From a virus (taxonomy: Duplodnaviria; Heunggongvirae; Uroviricota; Caudoviricetes), in the IMG/VR virus record IMGVR_UViG_2563366806_000002: DNA of 32,811 nucleotides; one strand, written 5' to 3'. Both the position numbers and the translations under genes were made by a program. The notes beneath the pieces were generated by a model. The model made no database searches. It saw only the letters and a program-made list of their open reading frames with translations, and had not been told where the DNA came from. Below are positions 8,934 through 18,201 of this stretch, piece by piece. Position 1 is the first letter of the stretch. Each line of letters starts with the position of its first letter.

Positions 8934-8957
8934 GGCCGTCATTGATGGCCTTTTTTT
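8934..8957 (+). terminator. Rho-independent terminator
   Basis: GGCCGTCA..TGATGGCC stem followed by T7 run. Confidence 0.75.
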
Positions 8958-8965
8958 ATTTTCTG

Positions 8966-9080
8966 TAGAAATTGCCGCACAATCCCGCATTAAATTGCAC
9001 AATTTTTTTGACGGTACTTTTGCCAGACAAGCCCAGACGCGGCGCGGCCTGCCGTGATCTGCAAGTTTGCACAAAAAGAC
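8966..9080. repeat. Three direct (A)TTGC(A)CAA(T) repeats upstream of cos; candidate terminase/IHF recognition elements
   Basis: aaATTGCcgCACAAT, aaATTGCACAATtt, gTTTGCACAAAaa read from sequence. Confidence 0.35.
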
Positions 9081-9096
9081 GGGGGTTTTGTGTGCG

Positions 9097-9115
9097 GGCG
9101 AGGCGGGGGAACCAT
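9097..9115. other. cos-like site GGCGAGGCGGGGGAACCAT
   Basis: Close match to the recalled 19-nt P2/186 cohesive end (GGCGAGGCGGGGAAAGCAC); in the expected position beside the portal gene. Confidence 0.55.
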
Positions 9116-9326
9116 CGCGCGCTGAGGGGGTAAGGAGGGTATACCTGTTAATGCCCTTTTCCGCGTCTGTGCGGCTCTGTTTTGATGTGGTTGCGTTGTG
9201 GTCGGGTGAGGGGATGGAAAAGGAAAGCCCATGCCAGCGTGGCGCTGAGGGGCTTGTGTGGCGTTTGGCTTTTGCGCTGGTTGCGCTCACCCTCTGGCAG
9301 GGTGAGGCATCAATCTTTTTGAATGG

Positions 9327-10373
9327 TCAGGCGGCTGTTGGTGGGGATGCGAGGGCGTAAGGGTTAAAGCGGATCACCTCAAAGCCCAGCCAGTCATTCA
9401 GCTCCTTCAGGCTTTCTTGTATCGGCGTCAGCTCGTTGATGGAGAAGACGCGGGCGGCTTTCTCAACGTCACCAAACCCCCCGGCGTTGCCTGGCATCAC
9501 CCCCATCAGTTGAGGCGGAACGCGGTGCGCGGCAAGCATATCATCCCGCGTTGCGTCCTTGATGCCGGTAAACTCATCCTTTGCCGCTATCTGGCTGAAT
9601 GGCAGGATTTGCAAGCCGTCTTTCTTCCCGCCTGCTGCGTATACGAACAGGTTTTTAAAAGCGCCACCGCCGCGCGCATCTTTCAATGATTTTTTCAGGC
9701 TCTCAACGTCTTTGTTGTTGGCGATCGGGTCGGTCAGGTAGACGATTACCCCGGCATGACTGCCGTTGATGTAGTAGTTGCGGCGGAACATGGTCGCTTC
9801 ACTGTTGAGCATGGCGCTTTGTAACGAGGCCATGTATTCAGGTGCGCCGTAGATCTCCTGGTGGATGCTGGGGTTTTTTATCTGGCAGATGCTGCCCGGC
9901 TTGAATGGGTAGTCCGCATCACGGCGGGTGATAAACCAGTATTGATCTTTTTTCAGGTCGCTGCCGCGTCGGGTATATTTGGCCTGGGCGTGTTTTAACG
10001 CAATAGGCTCGCCCAGCATGTTACGGCGCACCTCCATGTAGTTGTTGCCGAATACCAGATAATCCAGCACCCACGCGCTCATTTCCTGCCTGCTCAGCAG
10101 CGGGTGAGGGATGTAGCAGGATGTGATCACATTACGCTTAAAGACCAGCGGCGACTGATGATAGGCCGTTGAATCAAACATCCGGGCGATGCCGTAGGGG
10201 CTGATCGGTGGTTCAAAATATACGCCGTTATCAGCGCACTCCATGCAATCCAGCAACATGCTGCGATCGGTGATAGCTACCGGGTCGCCAAAGCTGAATG
10301 ACTCAATGCCTGCGGTTTGTTCGCTGGCACCCGGCTGCGGTCTGGCCTGAAACTTTTGCTTTTTGCGGCTCAC
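9327..10373 (-). CDS. Q: Portal protein (P2 gpQ-like)
   Basis: 348-aa ORF with P2 Q-type sequence; leftward with P as in P2. Confidence 0.9.
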   Translation of the reverse strand: MSRKKQKFQARPQPGASEQTAGIESFSFGDPVAITDRSMLLDCMECADNGVYFEPPISPYGIARMFDSTAYHQSPLVFKRNVITSCYIPHPLLSRQEMSAWVLDYLVFGNNYMEVRRNMLGEPIALKHAQAKYTRRGSDLKKDQYWFITRRDADYPFKPGSICQIKNPSIHQEIYGAPEYMASLQSAMLNSEATMFRRNYYINGSHAGVIVYLTDPIANNKDVESLKKSLKDARGGGAFKNLFVYAAGGKKDGLQILPFSQIAAKDEFTGIKDATRDDMLAAHRVPPQLMGVMPGNAGGFGDVEKAARVFSINELTPIQESLKELNDWLGFEVIRFNPYALASPPTAA

Positions 10374-10375
10374 GT

Positions 10376-12091
10376 TTAAAACTCCTCTACAAAACTGTCA
10401 CTACCGCCGCCGCTTTCGCTGCCGATCGGCTCGTTATACAAAGCTGTCATTGATGCCCAGGCGAGATCGCCGTGATTGCTGCCGCGTTTGCGGTCGGAAA
10501 CGTAGGTCATTACCCCGCCTTTCTGCACCTTGCGAACCGTCATAAATGACTGGACGAGATCCAGCATTCCCGCATCCACTTCCAGACGACCGGCACGGAT
10601 CAACATAAGCGCTTTCAGCACCATGGCGCGCTTGAGTGGGGCGGAATACTGGTATTTCACCGCCAGCGGGAAGAACTTGATTACCAGTTGCCAGACGGCA
10701 TCACCAATGCCGGTGGCATCAATCGCGATGTGCTGGACGTTGTAACGCTCCGTCAGCCCCTGAATGGCCTTTGCCTGTTCCTCAAACTCCATCCCGCGAA
10801 GCTGGATGCGTTCAATGATGCGGAACTTGCCGCCCGATACCGCTGGCGGAACGATGACGACCAGTCCGGCAGAGTCACCGTTACCGCTTCCCCCGTTGGG
10901 GTCATAGCCTACCCATACACTGCGATCGCCTATCGGTTTGGGTGCGAATGGGTTCCAGTCGGGCCATACATCATCGTTGAAGCCGTCAACGCAGCAGCCG
11001 ATCATGGCGTTGTAGTTAAAGGCGCGCTCTCCCGCAGTCACGAAGCGGCAACGATAGAGGTTGTCGTATTCCTCCGGGGAGTTTTCCATCTTGATGGTTT
11101 CAATTTTCACCAGGTTGAAGCCGAGTTTTACCGCGTCTTCAATGGTGACAATCTGCCGCCAAATCCCATCCCCGCCCAGCTTGCCGTTTTTCAGCGCCTT
11201 GTGGCTGACGTCTATTTCTACCCGTTCACCTCTGGGCCTTGCCTTGTTGAACAGGTCGCCAGTCCAGAAGGCATAAGCCTCATGCTCCTCTGTGGATGGC
11301 GTGGAAAAGTAGGTACGGCGCAGCCCTTCATGGGTTGCCATGCCTGCGGCGACTTTACGCAGCTCAAGGAAATTGTTGATCCAGAATGCTTCATCAAGAT
11401 ACAGATCGCCGGTGTAGCTCTGTGCCGTCGCTGCTGAGGTGCCGAGAAAGTAGAACGTTGCGCCGTTGCTTAGGGTGATGGCGTCGCCGCCTTTCAGCTC
11501 AACGCCAACCTGTGCCGCCAGTAGTTGGATGAACTTCTTGAACTGGAACGCCTGGGCGCGGCTGGCTGACAGAAAGATCTGGTTGTTGCCAGTTTCCAGC
11601 GCCCGTAACAGTGCTTCGCGGGCAAAGTACCAGGTGGCACCAATCTGGCGCGATTTGAGGATAAAGCGGTTGCGGCGTTCGCGCTGCTTGTACCAGCGTT
11701 TTTGATGCTCGTAGAGCGAATCCAGCACCAGAGCGCGCAGATCCCCGATCTGCTCTTCCGTAAAGTGGTTTTTCGGCTTTTTCTCGCGGCCTTTCTCTTC
11801 GCTGCGGCGCTCTTCGCGCTCCATCCTCACCAGTTGACGGGTTAACAGGTCAATGGTTTTGAAGTCATGCGCCGTCAGGTCTGGCTTTTCCGTCAGACGT
11901 AACAGCCGCACCTGCATCCGATCCTGTACGCGCTCCAGCGCTGTGGACTCGTCCCACTTATCGCGGCGACGCCATGAATACAGGGTGTTGGTACTCACGC
12001 CGATCGATTTGGCGATCTGCGTGATGCTGTATGCCTGCCAGTACATGACCTTAGCGGCAATCCGTGGCTCATCGTGGGAAGTCTGTTTCAT
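10376..12091 (-). CDS. P: Terminase large (ATPase) subunit (P2 gpP-like); start may be internal
   Basis: 571 aa, Walker A-like KSRQIGATWYF, nuclease domain; adjacent to portal. Confidence 0.9.
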   Translation of the reverse strand: MKQTSHDEPRIAAKVMYWQAYSITQIAKSIGVSTNTLYSWRRRDKWDESTALERVQDRMQVRLLRLTEKPDLTAHDFKTIDLLTRQLVRMEREERRSEEKGREKKPKNHFTEEQIGDLRALVLDSLYEHQKRWYKQRERRNRFILKSRQIGATWYFAREALLRALETGNNQIFLSASRAQAFQFKKFIQLLAAQVGVELKGGDAITLSNGATFYFLGTSAATAQSYTGDLYLDEAFWINNFLELRKVAAGMATHEGLRRTYFSTPSTEEHEAYAFWTGDLFNKARPRGERVEIDVSHKALKNGKLGGDGIWRQIVTIEDAVKLGFNLVKIETIKMENSPEEYDNLYRCRFVTAGERAFNYNAMIGCCVDGFNDDVWPDWNPFAPKPIGDRSVWVGYDPNGGSGNGDSAGLVVIVPPAVSGGKFRIIERIQLRGMEFEEQAKAIQGLTERYNVQHIAIDATGIGDAVWQLVIKFFPLAVKYQYSAPLKRAMVLKALMLIRAGRLEVDAGMLDLVQSFMTVRKVQKGGVMTYVSDRKRGSNHGDLAWASMTALYNEPIGSESGGGSDSFVEEF

Positions 12092-12137
12092 GGTGGCAGA
12101 GTACCGCGCCCGCGCGCGCGTCGCTTCGGGTTGTCAT

Positions 12138-12155
12138 TGTCGGAAAACGGCAACA
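12138..12155. promoter_or_regulatory. TGT-N12-ACA dyad in the P/O divergent late promoter region (Ogr/Delta-type activator box candidate)
   Basis: TGTcggaaaacggcaACA read from sequence, 83 bp upstream of the O start. Confidence 0.45.
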
Positions 12156-12237
12156 ACGGCAACGCTTTGCGCGATCCGGCTGGGGCGGGAATGATAGAGG
12201 CACTGGTTAATATCATTCACTCATTCGGGATTTCGAC

Positions 12238-13077
12238 ATGCCAAAGTCTAAATTTTTCCGCGTCGCTGTTGAGGGTGCCACCTGCGATGGTCGGACGCTG
12301 GAGCGCCAGCACATCGAACAGATGGCTAAACGCTTCAACCCAGCGTTATACGGTGCTCGCGTCAATCTGGAGCACTGGCGCAGCGCTTCACCAAACAGTG
12401 ATTTCCGTGCTTATGGCGATGTTATTGCCGTCAAGGCTGAGGAAGTCACCGAAGAGCCGTTAAAAGGCAAGTTGGGGCTGTATGTGCAGGTTGATGCCAC
12501 TGATGATCTGGTTGCCCTCAAAAAGAGCCGTCAGAAGATTTATCACAGCATTGAAGTGCATCCCTCATTTGCTGATACCGGCGAAGCCTATTTGATGGGG
12601 CTGGCCTGTACTGATAGCCCTGCCAGTCTGGGCACGGAAATGATGGAGTTTTGTGCCAAAAGCACCGTTAACCCGCTGGCCTCACGCAAGCACGATCAGG
12701 CTTGTTTCTTCACCGCCTCCGTTGAATCCACGATGGAATTTGAAGATGAGCAGCCGCCGCAGGACGAAGGCAAAAACTTCTTTGCCCGTATTAAGGCGCT
12801 GTTGGGCGGTACGCAGCAGCAGTTTAACCAGCAGAACGGTGAAAACCGTGAGGCTATCGAGGCGATTGCCGAGAGCCAGGGCAAGCTGCTGGACAGTACA
12901 ACCCAGCTTTCTGCTGCGGTGAAAGGTAAGGCTGACGCCACCGAGCTGGAAAGCCTGCGTAAGGACTTCAAAGCGCTGGAAGAGAAACTGAAAGGCCAGG
13001 ACGCCGAGCAGTACAACCAGCGCCCGCCTGCCACTGGCGGCGATGGTCAATCAACTCAACATCTGGCTGATTGCTGA
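12238..13077 (+). CDS. O: Capsid scaffolding protein (P2 gpO-like)
   Basis: 279-aa ORF, position and composition match gpO. Confidence 0.85.
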   Translation: MPKSKFFRVAVEGATCDGRTLERQHIEQMAKRFNPALYGARVNLEHWRSASPNSDFRAYGDVIAVKAEEVTEEPLKGKLGLYVQVDATDDLVALKKSRQKIYHSIEVHPSFADTGEAYLMGLACTDSPASLGTEMMEFCAKSTVNPLASRKHDQACFFTASVESTMEFEDEQPPQDEGKNFFARIKALLGGTQQQFNQQNGENREAIEAIAESQGKLLDSTTQLSAAVKGKADATELESLRKDFKALEEKLKGQDAEQYNQRPPATGGDGQSTQHLADC

Positions 13078-13116
13078 TAAGGCTCAGTGCGTCAGGCTCA
13101 GGAAAGGAAAAATAAG

Positions 13117-14163
13117 ATGCGTAATACAACCCGCGATTTGTTTGATAAGTACATTCAGCGACAGGCTGAACTCAACCATATCAGCGCTGCCCACGTCACC
13201 AAGGCGTACAGCATTGATCCGAGCGTTGAGCAGACGCTTGAGGATAAGATCCAGCAGTCGTCTGAGATGCTGAAAAAAATTAACATTTACGGCGTTAACG
13301 ATCAGACCGGTGAAAAAATCGGCCTGGGTGTGAGTGGCCCGGTATCCAGTACCAACAATTCCACCACGGATCGCCGTCAGCCTACCTCTGTGGCGGCGCT
13401 GGATTCGAATAAGTACACCTGTAACAAGGTGAACGCCGATACCTTTACGCCGTACACGCAACTTGATGCCTGGGCAAAATTCCCGGACTTTCAGCAGCGC
13501 CTCAGCAATCAGATCATCAAGCGTATTGCGCTCGATCGCATCATGATCGGCTTCAACGGTACCAGCTACGCGGAGAAATCAGACCGCGCCGCCAACCCGC
13601 TGTTGCAGGATTGTGGTATCGGCTGGCTCCAGCAGTACCGCACTAACGCGGCCCAGCGTGTGATGAAGGATGTCACTGTGACCAGCCGTGACGACACCAA
13701 CCAGGTGATCGCCAAAGGTGATTACGGTAACTATGACTCCATCGTATTTGATGCGGTCAACTCGCTTATGGATGAGTGGTACAAGGATTCGCCTGATCTG
13801 GTGGTGATTACCGGGCGTAATCTGACGGTTAACCGCTCTTTCCCGATCATCAACGCTGTAAGCACCAATAACCCTAACTCCGAAGCACTTGCCGGGCAGT
13901 TGATTGCATCGCGCAAAACGATCGGCAACCTGCCGTCATTTATCGCGCCATTCTTCCCTGATGGCAGCATGTTCATTACCTCCTGGGAAAACCTGTCCAT
14001 CTACTGGCAGGAAGGCGGGCACCGTCGCCGCATCGTTGAAGAGCCGGAGTATAACCGCGTCTCAACGTACAGCTCTTCGAATGATGCCTACGTCATTGAA
14101 GACTACGGCTATGGCTGTCTGATCGAGGGCATCACCGCCGCCGAGCCAGCACCAGCACCATAA
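13117..14163 (+). CDS. N: Major capsid protein (P2 gpN-like); track ORF starts at GTG 13087, ATG 13117 has RBS AGGAAAGGAAA
   Basis: Sequence similarity to P2 N; operon position. Confidence 0.9.
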   Translation: MRNTTRDLFDKYIQRQAELNHISAAHVTKAYSIDPSVEQTLEDKIQQSSEMLKKINIYGVNDQTGEKIGLGVSGPVSSTNNSTTDRRQPTSVAALDSNKYTCNKVNADTFTPYTQLDAWAKFPDFQQRLSNQIIKRIALDRIMIGFNGTSYAEKSDRAANPLLQDCGIGWLQQYRTNAAQRVMKDVTVTSRDDTNQVIAKGDYGNYDSIVFDAVNSLMDEWYKDSPDLVVITGRNLTVNRSFPIINAVSTNNPNSEALAGQLIASRKTIGNLPSFIAPFFPDGSMFITSWENLSIYWQEGGHRRRIVEEPEYNRVSTYSSSNDAYVIEDYGYGCLIEGITAAEPAPAP

Positions 14164-14207
14164 GACGCCGCAGGCCAGCAGTGCGCAGGCCTGCTCAGGG
14201 GGCATAA

Positions 14208-15053
14208 ATGTTAACACCAGCACAAAAACATTTTGATCGGGTGATGGCTGAGCGCCGCAGTAATCGCGGTACAACCACCGCCGAAAGAACTGCATACGAG
14301 CAGATACTTTTTCGCCTGCGCATGGATAAAGCCGACCTCAGCCGCATCCAGTCGAATGCCGGTAAGGCGAAGCTGAAAAGCGAGCGCCTGCCGGATTACC
14401 AGCCATGGATTGATGGCGTACTGGCAGCGGATACGGGCCAGGCGGATGAAGTGATCACCACTGTAATGATCTGGGCAGCGGATGCCGGTGATATTGCGCA
14501 GGCGCTACGGATAGGCCAGTACGTGCTGCGCCATAAAATCCCGATGCCTGACCAGTACAAGCGCACCACCGCCACGGTACTGGTTGAAGAAATTTGTGAT
14601 CCCATCCTTGCCGCCTTCAAAGCGAACCCGGCAAAGGCAAGCGTGAGCATTGACAACCTCAACGCACTGAACGGCATCACCACCCATGAAGATATGCCCG
14701 ATCAGGTAAGGGCTAAGTTGTTTAAGGCCATGGGGTACACCGTGCGCCTTAATCAGGATGTTGAATCCCAGCAGCTTGCCCGCTCGCATTTGCAGGAAGC
14801 TATCAGGCTCAACGCAAAAATTGGCGTGGCGCGTGATATCGAACTGCTGGATCGCAATATCAAAAAGCTGACCGCAGCCAGCGGCGGAGAAGGCGAGGGC
14901 GATGCGCCACCGGTACAGCCGGAAGCGCAGCCAGAGGCCGCGAAAGCTGCGCCGGAGAAAGCGCCGCGCACTACCGCAGCCAGGAACCAGAAAAACAGCC
15001 AGGCAAAAACGGCAGCAAAGAACAAGACGACGCGCAAAACCGCGAAGTCATAA
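14208..15053 (+). CDS. M: Terminase small (endonuclease) subunit (P2 gpM-like)
   Basis: N-terminal MLTPAQKHFDRV and central regions resemble P2 M; Lys/Ala-rich basic tail. Confidence 0.85.
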   Translation: MLTPAQKHFDRVMAERRSNRGTTTAERTAYEQILFRLRMDKADLSRIQSNAGKAKLKSERLPDYQPWIDGVLAADTGQADEVITTVMIWAADAGDIAQALRIGQYVLRHKIPMPDQYKRTTATVLVEEICDPILAAFKANPAKASVSIDNLNALNGITTHEDMPDQVRAKLFKAMGYTVRLNQDVESQQLARSHLQEAIRLNAKIGVARDIELLDRNIKKLTAASGGEGEGDAPPVQPEAQPEAAKAAPEKAPRTTAARNQKNSQAKTAAKNKTTRKTAKS

Positions 15054-15152
15054 CGAATGTGCCCCCGCGCACCAGGCGGCACGGTGTGACGTAGTAAGGC
15101 CCGGCCTCTACTGCGTCACACCGTCCACCGCCTGCCTTATGGAGAGTCCTGT

Positions 15153-15641
15153 ATGAGCCTGGTCGCCACTGAACCGGTAAGACCGCCATCAGATCCCGCG
15201 CCGGATGATGGCGGCGCAAAGGTTGAGAGCCTGCCTTTCTGGCCTGTCATTGTGCTGGCTGATTTGCGCCGGGCGATGCGCCTTGATGGGCAGGTAACGA
15301 CCGATCGCCTTATGTCACGCACCATTGAGGCAGTGGCCCACGTCAACGATCAGCTTCTTCTGTGGCGTCAGGTTCAGGTTGATGCCGGTTATCTGACTCT
15401 GGCGGAGATCCCCGCCGATCCGGTGAATGGTGAATCGGTGAAGGTCTGGCGCTATAAAAATGCCGTCTGGTCACTGACCAAAGCCCTGCTGATTGAGGGG
15501 TATCGCGATATTGATACCACCAGTAAAGGGGATGACCACGCGCAGGCGCTCAGCACCCAGATAGATACGCTTTGGCGTGATGTTCGCTGGTCTATTCGCG
15601 ATATCCAGAATGAAGATCGCGGCCTTGCGGAGCTGTGCTAA
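15153..15641 (+). CDS. L: Head completion/stabilisation protein (P2 gpL-like)
   Basis: 162-aa ORF in P2 order. Confidence 0.8.
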   Translation: MSLVATEPVRPPSDPAPDDGGAKVESLPFWPVIVLADLRRAMRLDGQVTTDRLMSRTIEAVAHVNDQLLLWRQVQVDAGYLTLAEIPADPVNGESVKVWRYKNAVWSLTKALLIEGYRDIDTTSKGDDHAQALSTQIDTLWRDVRWSIRDIQNEDRGLAELC

Positions 15642-15844
15642 TGAACGTGCAGGCGCAGCAGGATGACACCGTTGATGAACTCTGCTGGAGGTATTACGGC
15701 AGGACGGCGGGAGTAACCGAAGCCGTGCATGAAGCCAATCCGGGGCTGTGCGACAGCGGCCCGCTGCTGAGTGCCGGGCAGGTTGTTTATCTTCCAGAAT
15801 TACCACCACCCACCCAGCGGGAAACCGTGCAGCTATGGGATTGA
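15641..15844 (+). CDS. X: Tail protein X (P2 gpX-like, LysM-like)
   Basis: YYGRTAGVTEAVHEANPGL matches the P2 X motif YYGRTEGVVETVLAANPGL; ATGA overlap with L. Confidence 0.8.
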   Translation: MNVQAQQDDTVDELCWRYYGRTAGVTEAVHEANPGLCDSGPLLSAGQVVYLPELPPPTQRETVQLWD

Positions 15845-15853
15845 GAGGTTGCC

Positions 15854-16183
15854 ATGAGCGACGTACCTACGGGGATGCTGGAACAAACAATGAAATGGAT
15901 TGCTACTTATCTGCCGACGCTTTACGCGGCAGGCGCTGCGCTGAGCATTTCGGCGCTTATGAGTCTGTATGACGGTCAGTCAATGCTGAAAACCGCCACC
16001 GGTTCACTGGTCTGCGGGATCGTTACGCTGGCGGTTGCCGGTTCGCTGGAATATCTGGGCTTGCCGTCTAATGCCGTTACCTTCGTGGGTGCATCCATAG
16101 GTTTTATGGGGGCTGACAAGGTACGCAACAAAGTGACCGGCTTTATTGAAACCCGTATCGGGGGAGCGAAAGGAAATGAGTGA
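15854..16183 (+). CDS. Putative holin
   Basis: 109 aa with about three hydrophobic helices and a charged C-terminus, directly upstream of the endolysin. Confidence 0.6.
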   Translation: MSDVPTGMLEQTMKWIATYLPTLYAAGAALSISALMSLYDGQSMLKTATGSLVCGIVTLAVAGSLEYLGLPSNAVTFVGASIGFMGADKVRNKVTGFIETRIGGAKGNE

Positions 16184-16565
16184 ATTTAAATTCAGTCAGA
16201 GAAGTGAAAATAACCTGAAAGGTGTTAACGCTGACCTTGTGAAAGTTGTCCGCCGCGCCCTTCAACTTTCCGCTGTTGATTTTGGTATCACCGAAGGGCT
16301 GCGCTCTGTAGAGCGGCAAAAACAGCTTGTTGCGGAAGGGAAAAGCCAGACGATGAACAGCAGGCACCTTTCAGGCCATGCGGTTGATGTGTTTGCGTAC
16401 CCAACCCCGGCAGGCTCATGGGACTGGAAATTTTACCAGCAGATTTCCGAAGCCTTCAAACAGGCGGGAAAAGAGCTAAATATCCCCATTGAGTGGGGCG
16501 GCGACTGGAAGACGCTGAAAGATGGCCCGCACTTCCAGCTTCCTTATGCGGCGTACCCTGCATGA
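16176..16565 (+). CDS. Endolysin, peptidase M15-type
   Basis: SRHLSGHAVDV and DGPHFQ metal-binding motifs; RBS AGGAAA before ATG 16176 (track ORF starts 16146). Confidence 0.8.
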   Translation: MSEFKFSQRSENNLKGVNADLVKVVRRALQLSAVDFGITEGLRSVERQKQLVAEGKSQTMNSRHLSGHAVDVFAYPTPAGSWDWKFYQQISEAFKQAGKELNIPIEWGGDWKTLKDGPHFQLPYAAYPA

Positions 16566-17098
16566 TTCTGGCATGGCTCAGGCGATACTGGCGCGGCCTT
16601 CTGGCTGCGTTAATTCTGGGTGGTGCCTTCCTTTCTGGTTCATGGTTTGGTGCCCACCAGGCGAATACGGCATGGGCACTGAAATGGAAACAGCGGGATG
16701 CCGACGACGCTACCGCGCTGGCAAAGCGGCAGGCAGAAGCCAGAGCCGAAGAGCAGCGCCGACAAGGTGAAATAGATGCGATTGAGAGAAGGGCTGAGGG
16801 GCAGATTGCTCAGGCCGTTGCTGATGCTGACCATGCCCGCGCTGTTTCTGACGGGCTGCATGACGAAGCCGCAAAACTCGCCGCGAGATTGGCAGCAAGT
16901 GAACGCGCCCGCCGTGCCGCAACTGCCAGCGGAGGCCAGGCAGGCACCACCGGCAGCGAACTGCTTGCCGAGCTGTTCCGCCGCGCTGACCAGCGAGCGG
17001 GAGAGTTGGCGGCAATTGCTGATCAGGCAAGGATTAGAGGGCTGACCTGTGAAGCCGCTTATGATGCGCTGACAGGAGCCAGCGCGGTGGAGAAATAG
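16562..17098 (+). CDS. i-spanin (Rz/LysB-like)
   Basis: N-terminal TM helix then Ala/Arg/Glu-rich coiled coil; overlaps endolysin stop. Confidence 0.7.
   Translation: MILAWLRRYWRGLLAALILGGAFLSGSWFGAHQANTAWALKWKQRDADDATALAKRQAEARAEEQRRQGEIDAIERRAEGQIAQAVADADHARAVSDGLHDEAAKLAARLAASERARRAATASGGQAGTTGSELLAELFRRADQRAGELAAIADQARIRGLTCEAAYDALTGASAVEK
16824..17045 (+). CDS. o-spanin (Rz1/LysC-like lipoprotein) embedded in the +1 frame of the i-spanin
   Basis: Lipobox LFLTGC then Pro-rich periplasmic segment; wholly inside the i-spanin gene. Confidence 0.65.
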   Translation: MLTMPALFLTGCMTKPQNSPRDWQQVNAPAVPQLPAEARQAPPAANCLPSCSAALTSERESWRQLLIRQGLEG

Positions 17099-17100
17099 CG

Positions 17101-17568
17101 ATGTTAAAACCCGATCTACTGCGTAAACACATCAGCCACGCGGTGCCGTGGTTGCGTGACAACCCTGATAATCTGGCGGTGTATGTCCAGAAGGGGCGCA
17201 TGGTGAGCACCGGGCAGCGCTCTGCCTCGTTTGAATACGAGTACACTATTGAGGTGCTGGCGATGGATTACCCTGAGCCACTGGATACCCTCAGCCTGCC
17301 AATTCTGGCATGGGCGCGCCTGTATCAGCCTGAGCTGCTATTCAACCCTGACCGTGCCCGCGATGGCATCACCTTTGAAGCGGATATCCTGAGCAATTCC
17401 ACCATGGATGTGCTTATCAAAATTCAGGCCAGTGAGGCGGTTGTTGTCAAAGTTGAAGAGGGTAAGCCGGTCATACATCACCGCGCTGATCCTATGCCGG
17501 GGCCGGAGCTGGGTGCCTGGTCACTGGTCTTTGAAGATACGGTAAGCGGCGAGACGTGGACGGACTAA
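17101..17568 (+). CDS. R: Tail completion protein (P2 gpR-like)
   Basis: 155-aa ORF in P2 order with similarity to gpR. Confidence 0.8.
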   Translation: MLKPDLLRKHISHAVPWLRDNPDNLAVYVQKGRMVSTGQRSASFEYEYTIEVLAMDYPEPLDTLSLPILAWARLYQPELLFNPDRARDGITFEADILSNSTMDVLIKIQASEAVVVKVEEGKPVIHHRADPMPGPELGAWSLVFEDTVSGETWTD

Positions 17569-18201
17569 ATGAACGCTGATCCGCTGTTCCATGCCCTTGA
17601 TGATTATCTGGCAACCGTGGCGGCGCAGCTCGCACCGGGCCAGCGCCGTAAGCTCACGCGCGAGGTGGCTATTGGCCTGCGCAAGCGCCAGCAGCAGCGC
17701 ATCAACAGCCAGAAAAACCCCAGCGGAGAAAGCTATACGCCGCGCCGCCGTAAGATTTTGCGCACTCAGGGCGGGGTTAAATTCCTGTGGAAAGATGAAG
17801 TGCGCGAGCTGAGCAACTGGCGCACTACCGGGCGCGGCGAACAGCGCGCCATCACCGGCTATGATGTCGAGAAAGGGGCATTGCGCACGTTCTATAAGCG
17901 CGATATTGAGCGCTATATTGAAATCCATCTCAACCAGACCAAGCGCACCACCACCCGTAAAGAAAAGATGTTCCGCCGCCTGCGCACCGCTCGCTTTCTC
18001 AAGGCATACGGTACCGCCAGCGCCGCCGTGGTGGGTTACTCCGGGCATACCGCCGAGATCGCCAGTGTTCACCAGTATGGTGAGGTTGATACCGTGGCAC
18101 CGGGTGCCCGTACCCGTTACCCGGCGCGTGAATTGCTGGGCTTTACGGAAAGCGATCTTGACTGGCTGGCGGATACTATCGTCAGTTTTCTGCAACCCTG
18201 A
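17569..18201 (+). CDS. S: Tail completion / virion morphogenesis protein (P2 gpS-like)
   Basis: 210-aa ORF following R. Confidence 0.8.
   Translation: MNADPLFHALDDYLATVAAQLAPGQRRKLTREVAIGLRKRQQQRINSQKNPSGESYTPRRRKILRTQGGVKFLWKDEVRELSNWRTTGRGEQRAITGYDVEKGALRTFYKRDIERYIEIHLNQTKRTTTRKEKMFRRLRTARFLKAYGTASAAVVGYSGHTAEIASVHQYGEVDTVAPGARTRYPARELLGFTESDLDWLADTIVSFLQP

Noticed and set aside
8844-9290. 148-aa minus-strand ORF (and plus-strand ORF 9067..9360) spanning the terminator and cos region
   Set aside because: Crosses the intrinsic terminator and the cos-like site; Pro/Ser/Arg-rich; this region is better explained as non-coding packaging DNA.
10688-11437. 249-aa plus-strand ORF inside the terminase large subunit gene
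   Set aside because: Antisense to a strongly supported conserved gene; no independent signals.
17521-18195. 224-aa minus-strand ORF antisense to gpS, and 226-aa ORF 18399..19079 antisense to gpV
   Set aside because: Entirely overlapped by conserved tail genes on the other strand; low-complexity Ala/Gly/Arg-rich translations typical of antisense GC-rich frames.
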